From assembly GCA_002293375.1 (NCBI GenBank), contig DBDA01000021.1, forward strand, positions 26,305 through 90,304: 64,000 nucleotides of DNA, given 5' to 3'. The translations under genes and the position numbers were made by a program. This DNA comes from Odoribacter sp. UBA944. Its GTDB lineage: Bacteria; Bacteroidota; Bacteroidia; Bacteroidales; Marinifilaceae. Numbering within the stretch: position 1 is the stretch's first letter; each line of letters starts with the position of its first letter. This document shows, in pieces, positions 53,601-61,000 of the stretch. The notes below the pieces were generated by a model. The model was not told the origin of the DNA and made no database searches. It saw only the letters and a list, made by a program, of their open reading frames with translations.

Positions 53601-54331
53601 GGTATCTGTATAACTATCAAGCTGTGGCCGGGCAGGTTTACTCGGATTTAACGGGGAGTGCAAAATTTCAGGGAATTTGCCCGCCGGGGTGGCATGTACC
53701 CAGTAATCCGGAGTGGTTAGACCTTCTGACAGCTATTGGTCAGAACCCCAATACGCGAAACAATGCATTGAAATTGCAAAGCCCGTTAAATGACTGGGGG
53801 TGGAACAGTTCTACTGCTGCTGCCATGACCGACGAAGCCAAGATCGGAACCAACGAAAGCGGTTTTAGCGCTTTGCCGGCCGGAGGCCGTTTTTTTGCAA
53901 GCAACACCGGTTATAATCCGAGGATGTGGACAGCTCGCAACGGTTTTGGTGATTTGCATTCGAGGGGGTGGTGGTGGACCTCTTCCGTAGCACTTTCCAC
54001 TTGGGGTGGAAATAGAACCAATGACAGGAATGTTGCGATGATACCCTATCATGTTACATTAAATTTTCATGAAGAGACAAAGCTGGGTGGGGGAGCGATA
54101 AGCACCGCGCCTTCGAATATGACTTATTTGGGCAACACATTGTACACGAATACCCTGGCAGGGGGGAGCACTTACGGATATTTGACCAATAGTGTATTGA
54201 ATGCATACTCCTATGCCTATTTGTATACCGGTGAAAACCAAGCAGGTTGGAATTCGCTGTATAATACGGCTGCGGGAAATAACATTTGGCAACAGTTTTA
54301 TTTTTCGGTTCGTTGCATTAGAAATTATTGA
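50666..54331 (+). CDS. GldJ-fold scaffold paralogue E, FISUMP C-terminal head
   Basis: 1221 aa. 'NNIRVDGDVRV...LQWDNSWRDAFNYDAAYVFVKYKV', 'GIEMVYIPRGGFRAGD', 'WQVSFTQPVVLRSIAIES...EWKLEAS', 'FFAMKYEITQEQY', 'GLRPLTELEYEKM' and 'MTFRLGR'. Head: 'YRTIEIGGRCWFADNL...CKKYGYLYNY...CPPGWHVPSNPEWLDL...FYFSVRCIRNY'. Confidence 0.8.
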   Translation: MKRFAILCLFAAFAGNICRANNIRVDGDVRVTGNDVSGNIATVNIKLQWDNSWRDAFNYDAAYVFVKYKVDGEGELWHHATLMSDGHTVTPGYETLLSNTTGETDKNQGIFVYRSGKGVGSSVVELKLRWNITGNPNKVLNTDLFISNRVFITAMGIEMVYIPRGGFRAGDTRSVKKFEYKDVTFPAKYDLLTTDLVREYYSSKSRELVSDPNPPAFAINGINDVNPEKSNAWVGRTDTPEGVDYDDFWQVSFTQPVVLRSIAIESIAGGVPAEWKLEASTTSGWRAIYPVNYQDDIYALGSEWATGSHRTYPCTRTLRIPDDPENEQGYSTYRITIKGIPAGGTVIKNVSMGVANVLDSVDNSVVIDGPQSRMHNRYGLYAEDGDTWSGLTDVNYPNGYGAFFAMKYEITQEQYVTFLNKLTAAQQRNRTIGAVKLESLLEGQYVFGDDKNNPTARNGIKLASIGVNDAPYVFANDLNPLNEYAQDGDGQTIACNFLNGGDMLAYADWVGLRPLTELEYEKMARRPFPEHAIRGEYAWNQAVDATKATGFFGTTVGKKTERPASGNVNMENGQEGPLRVGSFAASSGGQVAAGASFWGLMELSGNLGELYYNANTVGRGFRGMQNIHHGNGQLAADGNTDVLTDYWPWAEQAFSLRGGSYQDVKERVRISDRERNLNVFGSISEVTGMKSPTMTFRLGRTAPVLTLISELVLENGQSTAMNAIDSVCSGVDYIIKGTIPKEITGSFRIAWFMSSDKGTTWDLMEGEEQPSLNIKNLRNINLTQDLFMNFRFRRRIFSDRYDVVTTNDVEINVINNSLIVSNNRDTLDVYDRSKGFRVETPQAATFAWTWLRSGVNNNRPITPEYPAIVAGKVQRHFFAYTDFEDGAMFLGTNKILLEVTVMKKCPLQDTLYVFVEESPSPQDNGETFVCGNILQFEEERYRTIEIGGRCWFADNLRRTPSTGSYKCYDESLENCKKYGYLYNYQAVAGQVYSDLTGSAKFQGICPPGWHVPSNPEWLDLLTAIGQNPNTRNNALKLQSPLNDWGWNSSTAAAMTDEAKIGTNESGFSALPAGGRFFASNTGYNPRMWTARNGFGDLHSRGWWWTSSVALSTWGGNRTNDRNVAMIPYHVTLNFHEETKLGGGAISTAPSNMTYLGNTLYTNTLAGGSTYGYLTNSVLNAYSYAYLYTGENQAGWNSLYNTAAGNNIWQQFYFSVRCIRNY

Positions 54332-54361
54332 TGTAAAATAACAAGAGAAGATATCACAGAG

Positions 54362-57300
54362 ATGGCTGTAATAAGATATTTGGTGACGGTAATCGCGGCG
54401 GTGTTGTTGACGGCGCCGGGGGTTTGGGGAAACAACATCCGCATCGAAGGGGATGTGCGTGTGGCGCGGGAGGATGTGGTCGAAAACATTGCCACGGTAC
54501 GAATTACCGTGAAGTGGGAGAACTCTTGGCGGGACGCATTTAATTACGATGCGGCCTACATTTTTCTGAAATACAAGGTGGACGGAACCGGCGAGGTGTG
54601 GCACCACCTGCCCCTGATGAATTCGGGACACTCCGTCAAACCTGCCGGTGATTTCGGGTATGTCCTTGCCAATTCCAACGGCAGTGGCGGGACGCAGCAT
54701 CGAAATGAGGGGATCTTTATATACCGTTCCGGAATAGGACGGGGGGATGCGACTGCCCAGTTGGAGTTGAAGTGGAACATTACCGTCAATCCGGACAGGG
54801 TGTTGAACGAAGACCTGTTTACCAACAACTCGGTGTTTGTGTCTGCGATGGCCATTGAAATGGTCTACATTCCCCGCGGAGGTTTCCGGGCGGGCGATAC
54901 GCAGTCGGACAAGAAGTTTGAATATGGGGACGTAACGTTGCCGGCATCCTACGATATTTTGGGCACTTCTGCTGTAAAAAGGTGTTTTTCTTCCCGGGAA
55001 ACGGCGACGAATCCCCCCTCTTTTGCCATAAACCGGATGAATGATGTGACCGAAGATGAGACCAATGCCTGGGTGGGCCGCGTGGATGCACCCGTTGAAG
55101 AGGTAGATTATTTCGATTATTGGCAGGTGGAGTTTAACAATCCGGTGCGGATCCGTAATTTTGCCATTGAGAGTATTGCGGGCAGGGTTCCGGATGAGTG
55201 GCAATTGCAAGGATTGTCCAGTGGCGGAACGTGGCAGACCCTCTATCCCGGCAGCAATGAAAATGTTTACGCTCCCGGGACGGATTGGGCTGTAGGTTCC
55301 CACCAGACCTATCCTTGTACCCGCACATTGGCGATACCGAACTACGAAAGCAACTACAGTACATACCGCATCCGGATCAAGTCGATGCCGGCCGGTGTCT
55401 CTCCGGTGATTAAGAACATCGCCATGACGACAGAGAACTATTTGTCCTTTGTGGACAACTCTGTGGTTATTTCGGAGCCGACGACCAAGCTGGATGCCCG
55501 GAACGGTCTCTTTGCCCGTGACGAGGATACCTGGTCGGGTGTGACGGACGCCAATTATCCCAACGGATATGCAGCTTTTTTTACCATGAAGTACGAGGTG
55601 AGCCAGGAACAGTACGTGGCATTTCTGAACAAGTTGACAGCGGCCCAGCAACGCAGCCGTACCATTGGCGGTGATTTGGAACATTTAGCGGAAGGAGACT
55701 ATGTTTTCGGCAGCAGCCGGACAGAACCCAATTACCGCAACGGGATCAAAATATCCCGGGTGGGGGCGAGCGGCGCTCCGTACGTTTTTGCCAACGACCT
55801 GAACAGTGCAGACGGGGCCTATTCTCAGGAGAGCGATGGGCAGACCATTGCCTGTAACTTCCTGAATGCCGGTGATATGTTGGCGTATGCCGACTGGGCC
55901 GGATTGCGTCCCCTGACGGAATTGGAGTACGAAAAGATGGCTCGTCGCCCCTTCCTGGATACGGTGGTGCGGGGCGAGTATCCCTGGAACCGGAATACGG
56001 ATTATCTCTCTGCTCCGGCCATAGTGTCCGACGGGACTGTCGGGACAAAAGACGAAAGCGTGACGGCCGGTAACATCAATGCCGCCAGATTGGAAAACGG
56101 GCAGGCTCAACTGCCGGGACCGGTCCGGGTAGGCGCTTTTGCCAAGTCGGCGGAACAGAGTTCTCAGACGGCTGCCGGCGCCGGCTTTTGGGGTGTGATG
56201 GAGTTGGGGGGAAATCTGAGTGAGATTTACTACAATGCCAATACGGAGGGGCGTGCCTTCCGGGGAATTCGGGACATCTACCACGGAAACGGGAAATTGG
56301 CCTCTAATGGACAGGCCGATGTCTCTTCCGCACTTTGGGTTTTGTCGGAGAACGCCTTTGCTGTCCGGGGTGGGAACTTTGGGGATTTGGCCGCCAGAAC
56401 CCGTACGTCCGACCGCTTTTGGAACAAGGGGGTGTTTGCCAACATGAACCAGGTAAACGGCTTGCGCGACAGTACGCTTACTTTCCGGTTGGGGTACACG
56501 GCGCCCGTACAGACCCTTGCCTCTCCGTTGCAGTTGGAAAACGGGCAGACAACGGATCTGGCCCTTGCTGTCGATTCGATCTGTTCCGGTTCCGATTACC
56601 TGATCCGGGGGACCCTCCCGTCGGCCATCACCGGTATTTACCGCATAGCCTGGTTTATGAGCAGCGATAAGGGGGCAACCTGGGTACTGATGAAGAACGA
56701 GGAGTCGCCCTCCCTGCATTTGGAAAATCTGCGGAACATCAACTCCAAAGAGGACAGTTTTATCGAATACCGCTACCGCAGGCGGATATATAGCAACGGA
56801 CCTGATGATACCACAAACGATGTGCGGTTGTTGGTTATCAATACGTCGCTGAATATTGACCGGTTGGTGGATACGGTGGATGTGTATGACTATTCGCAGG
56901 GGATCCGGGTGCAAGCTCCACAGGCGGCCACCTTCTCCTGGACATGGATCCGTGAAAGCAGCGGCAACAAGGCCATCACTCCGCAGTATCCTGCCATCAA
57001 AGCGAACAAAATACAGCGCCATTATTTTAAGTATGCCGATTTTTTTGACGGTTCTCAGTATACGGGCGATCAGAAAATACTTCTCAAAGTGACTGTTTTG
57101 GGCCAGTGTTCCAGTTATGATACGGTTCGGCTCTATGTCCGCGAGCGGCCGGTGGAGACCAATGCGGTCAACAACGATGCGGCTAAGACAGCCAATGCCG
57201 ATTTCCGGTGCGGAGATATTTTGGTGGACAACGAAGAGAACGTTACCGTGTTCAAGAAGTACCGGACGGTTGACATCGGTGGGATGTGCTGGTTTGCAGA

Positions 57301-58054
57301 CAACCTGAACCGTACTGCTACAAACGATATCGGTGCTTCGTACTGCTACGGCGGGGACACAGGCGATTGCAACGCGTTGTACGGCCGGCTCTACAACTAC
57401 AGAGCTGCTACTCAAAATGCTGCTGCAGCCCTGTTAACAGGAACCATTAAAGGCATCTGCCCTACGGGGTGGCACCTGCCTTCCAATGCGGAGTGGTTGG
57501 ATTTGCTGCGTGCGATCGGGGTAAATCAAAATGCGGCCGGAAATGCGGTAGCCCTCCAAAGCCCGCTGAATTCCTGGACAAACACCACCGATGAGAACCG
57601 GATCGGTACCAACAGTTCCCGTTTCAGTGCGCAGCCCTCCGGAGGACAATTTTGGTACTATACGGGTAGTGTCTCTGCGAGCTACGGACCATACGAATGG
57701 GAATACCGCACCGGTTATGCCGATCAGGGAAATCGAGCATGGTGGTGGACCTCGACAGTCGGATCACTTAATTGGCATCCCCATGATACAAGAAGTTATG
57801 CCGCGATGCCTTACCACGTTGTATTGAATAATCAGAGCGGAACACCGGTGGCGACAGAACTCTATGCCCGAACGATTTATACAAGTACTTCAGCGACCGC
57901 AGCAGCAGGGAGTTATTCGGTATTGACGGGACGGCATCATTATTATCTTGCCAGGAATTATACTAATGGAGCTTGGAATTTAACTTATAATATGGAGGCT
58001 ACGGATGCTATGTGGAGCAACTTTTATTTTGCAGTCCGTTGCGTTAAAAATTAA
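54362..58054 (+). CDS. GldJ-fold scaffold paralogue F, FISUMP C-terminal head
   Basis: 1230 aa and, by eye, the closest relative of E. 'NNIRIEGDVRV...VKWENSWRDAFNYDAAYIFLKYKV', 'AIEMVYIPRGGFRAGD', 'WQVEFNNPVRIRNFAIES', 'FFTMKYEVSQEQY', 'GLRPLTELEYEKM' and 'LTFRLGY'. Head: 'YRTVDIGGMCWFADNL...YGRLYNY...CPTGWHLPSNAEWLDL...FYFAVRCVKN'. Confidence 0.8.
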   Translation: MAVIRYLVTVIAAVLLTAPGVWGNNIRIEGDVRVAREDVVENIATVRITVKWENSWRDAFNYDAAYIFLKYKVDGTGEVWHHLPLMNSGHSVKPAGDFGYVLANSNGSGGTQHRNEGIFIYRSGIGRGDATAQLELKWNITVNPDRVLNEDLFTNNSVFVSAMAIEMVYIPRGGFRAGDTQSDKKFEYGDVTLPASYDILGTSAVKRCFSSRETATNPPSFAINRMNDVTEDETNAWVGRVDAPVEEVDYFDYWQVEFNNPVRIRNFAIESIAGRVPDEWQLQGLSSGGTWQTLYPGSNENVYAPGTDWAVGSHQTYPCTRTLAIPNYESNYSTYRIRIKSMPAGVSPVIKNIAMTTENYLSFVDNSVVISEPTTKLDARNGLFARDEDTWSGVTDANYPNGYAAFFTMKYEVSQEQYVAFLNKLTAAQQRSRTIGGDLEHLAEGDYVFGSSRTEPNYRNGIKISRVGASGAPYVFANDLNSADGAYSQESDGQTIACNFLNAGDMLAYADWAGLRPLTELEYEKMARRPFLDTVVRGEYPWNRNTDYLSAPAIVSDGTVGTKDESVTAGNINAARLENGQAQLPGPVRVGAFAKSAEQSSQTAAGAGFWGVMELGGNLSEIYYNANTEGRAFRGIRDIYHGNGKLASNGQADVSSALWVLSENAFAVRGGNFGDLAARTRTSDRFWNKGVFANMNQVNGLRDSTLTFRLGYTAPVQTLASPLQLENGQTTDLALAVDSICSGSDYLIRGTLPSAITGIYRIAWFMSSDKGATWVLMKNEESPSLHLENLRNINSKEDSFIEYRYRRRIYSNGPDDTTNDVRLLVINTSLNIDRLVDTVDVYDYSQGIRVQAPQAATFSWTWIRESSGNKAITPQYPAIKANKIQRHYFKYADFFDGSQYTGDQKILLKVTVLGQCSSYDTVRLYVRERPVETNAVNNDAAKTANADFRCGDILVDNEENVTVFKKYRTVDIGGMCWFADNLNRTATNDIGASYCYGGDTGDCNALYGRLYNYRAATQNAAAALLTGTIKGICPTGWHLPSNAEWLDLLRAIGVNQNAAGNAVALQSPLNSWTNTTDENRIGTNSSRFSAQPSGGQFWYYTGSVSASYGPYEWEYRTGYADQGNRAWWWTSTVGSLNWHPHDTRSYAAMPYHVVLNNQSGTPVATELYARTIYTSTSATAAAGSYSVLTGRHHYYLARNYTNGAWNLTYNMEATDAMWSNFYFAVRCVKN

Positions 58055-58091
58055 AGAGTACAAAAACATTGGTTAGACCAAATGCTTTAAC

Positions 58092-61000
58092 ATGAAGGCG
58101 TTTCTATATAGCATACTTTGTTTACTGTTCTGCTTGCAGACCGGCATGCTCCGGGCGCAGGAGGAGGGCGATCCGACGCCTGAACCGGGCATCTCCAAGG
58201 TTCAGTTGGTACAATCTCCTGCCGAACGGTCGGTTTTTGCTTTGGGAGAAACGCTCATTTTTACATTGGCGATCACGGAGGAGGGAGATAATACCAAAAC
58301 GTATTCGTGGAGGAAGGTCAAGGCAGACGGCAATGACGAAGAGATCAGTAATGAGCGGGAGTTGGAGATGATCCTCGGTTCACTGGCTGACTCCGGCCGG
58401 TATTACTGTATAGTGACGGATGTAACCAACTCTTCGGCGGAGCACTATTCGGATACCGCGGCGATTTTTGTGGAGGGCATTGTTTCGGTGCGTTTGAAAA
58501 ATCCTCCGGCCGGCGCTTTGGCCATCGGAGGGGCGTTTACACTTGAATTAGATATTGAAGAGGGAGGGGATCATACAAAATCGTATTCGTGGAGAAGAGT
58601 AAACGATGAAGGGGAAGATGAGTTTTTGGAAACTGATGGGGAGCGTTTGATTTTCCCGACACTGTCGCTTGCCGATACGGGACGTTACTATTGTGTTGTA
58701 ACCGACCGGACAGATTCGTATAAAACGTACCGTTCGGATACGGCGACGATCCGGGTGACGGGGATCGCTTCTATTCAGGTACAGTGTGATCCGGACCGGT
58801 CGGATTTTGTGGTGGGGGAATCGGTGACTTTTACCTTGGGGATTACCGAAGGAGGGAATAATGCCAAGACCTATTCCTGGAAGAAGGTGGGAGATGACAC
58901 CCCCATCGGAAACGAAGCGACTCTAACACTCTCTAATCTGTCGTTGAGCCATACGGGCAGCTACTATTGTATTGTAACCGACCAAACCAATCCGGAGAAT
59001 CCTTACCATTCCGATCAGCGAGCGATCCTTGTGGAAGGGATCGGGTCCGTACAGGTGGAACAGCTTGCCGGACGAACCACTTTTGTGTTGGGAGAATCGA
59101 TCGCTTTTACGGTGAAGGTCACGCAGGTGGGGGTAGCAGATCTTAGCTATGCGTGGAAAAAAGCGGGCGATGAAGGATCGGTGTTAAGTACGGAGGCGAA
59201 TTTGGTGTTGAATGACGTCTCGCTTGCCGATGCGGGGCGCTACTATTGTGAAGTTACGGATGATACCCATCCGTCGGCTTCCGGAAATCCCTATAAATCG
59301 AATGAGTATACCATAAATGTGCTGACTACTTCCGCGAGGGTATTTGGTGTTAGCCGGTTGTGCGTGGGAGATTCGGTCCGTTTGGCCCTTGCATTGAGCA
59401 ACGAAGGAGAGTACTCTTACCGGTGGTTTAAAGTGGGAGGCTCCTCAACGCCGCTGACAACAGCTACCTGGTTAATTGAAGACCTGACCCCGGCCCACTC
59501 CGGAAAATATTATTGTTTGGTGCAGGATGTGGCCAACGGTTTTGAAATAACCTCCGATACGTTGGATGTATTGGTATCGGAATATCCGGTTGTCGGTTTG
59601 ACTGTGAACGGGCTCGCTCCGGAAGATCACACTGCGACGTTTTGTTACGATTCGGAAATTACCTTGACTGTTTTCAATCAGGCTTCGGGACAGCCGGAGG
59701 CCATTGCTTTCTGGACAGGTAACTCCCTGCAAGGCGATCTGGAAGATACGGAGGTTAACTTTCGGCTGAAATATACATCGCTTTACCGGGCGGTGATCAC
59801 CAACAACGGGTGCGTGCGGGAAGATTCCGTACGGATCGTGATGAAACAGCCGCAGGTGTTGTTACCGGAAAACCGTTACGCAATTGCCGGGGAGACCGTG
59901 ACGTTGGCTTCGTTGGCGCCGGAAAATTCGGATTACCGTTTTTATTGGAACAACGGAGATCAATTGAATGTATTTTCCGGCGATGCCTATACCTTTCCGG
60001 TCGAAGAGGGAACGACACCTGTTTCTGTGCGGGTGCAGACCGCTTCCCTGCCGGTGTGTACAAATTACGATACCTGTTATGTGACCGGTTTGCCGGCGAT
60101 GAATTACACGACTTCTGTCAATGACGGGTATGTGGTGAGCCGCAGCCCGCTCCGGATCATTCAGAACGATACGACACTTTGCGCCCGTATGGACCTGCAA
60201 TTGGAGGTCGCTTATACCGGATACGACGGATATACCTACGAGTGGCTGAAAGCGGGGGCGGAAGAGGTGCTTGCCACGGGCAGGATACTGACCTTGAAAT
60301 CTTTGGAGGAGACCGTTCGGACAGACTATTTCTGCCGGGCGTACGACCTGGAAAAGGGAGCGTATGTTTATTCGGATACGGTGACGGTAGTAGTGAAGTA
60401 CCGTCCGGTAGCCAGTATTACGGGGGCTGATGATGTGACACCGCTGTGCGGCGGTTATCCGTTGACTTTGACCGGGGGAAGCGGATTGGCAAGTGATCCT
60501 CCGGCAATAACGTATCATTGGCAGGGGTCGGGCATGATGAGTGGTACGAACAGTAAAGTGCTGAATGTAAAGGTAAGCACCAACGGGACCTACTCTTTGA
60601 TCGTGAGTGCAAATGGCTGTGCCGATACGGCAGAATTGCACATTCCGACCGTTGTGCATTACGTGGATATTCCTGCACAGTTGATCTTGCCGTTGCCCAC
60701 CGATGGAGTTCATTTTACGGCGGAAAAACCCGAAGACGGTTATTTGACCTGGTTTATACAGGGAGTAGGCGGAGAGCGAAAGGTGCTGGAAACGGGAATG
60801 ACGGCTGGGGCGAGTTTAGATATTCGTGGGGGTGATAAATTGGTGATCGCCCAGATGCGCAAAGATGGTTGTGATTTCAGGGATACTTGCCGCGTGCTGA
60901 TCCGGGAGTTTGCAGAACCGGTAGGCAATGAGAATGATTATGACGACGGTTTTGCCATTTCCTATCCGGATTTGCGGGTGACCAACCCGACTCCCAGAGT

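Noticed and set aside
35869-58054. Diversity-generating retroelement (DGR) targeting the FGE-sulfatase, DUF1566 or FISUMP lectin folds.
   Set aside because: These folds are the classic DGR variable-protein scaffolds. However, the window has no reverse transcriptase ORF and no Avd-like gene. I also found no template-repeat/variable-repeat pair, meaning a ~100-150-nt near-duplicate with adenine-specific mismatches, near any gene 3' end. An RT outside the window cannot be excluded.
57200-58054. T9SS type A (Por_Secre_tail) or type B CTD at the C-termini of paralogues A-F.
   Set aside because: The C-termini are fully accounted for by the fibrinogen-like, glycine-rich or FISUMP heads, with FISUMP ending in its own '...FYF(S/A)VRC..' terminus. 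None shows the 'PNGDGxND' type B motif or the terminal beta-sandwich pattern of type A CTDs.
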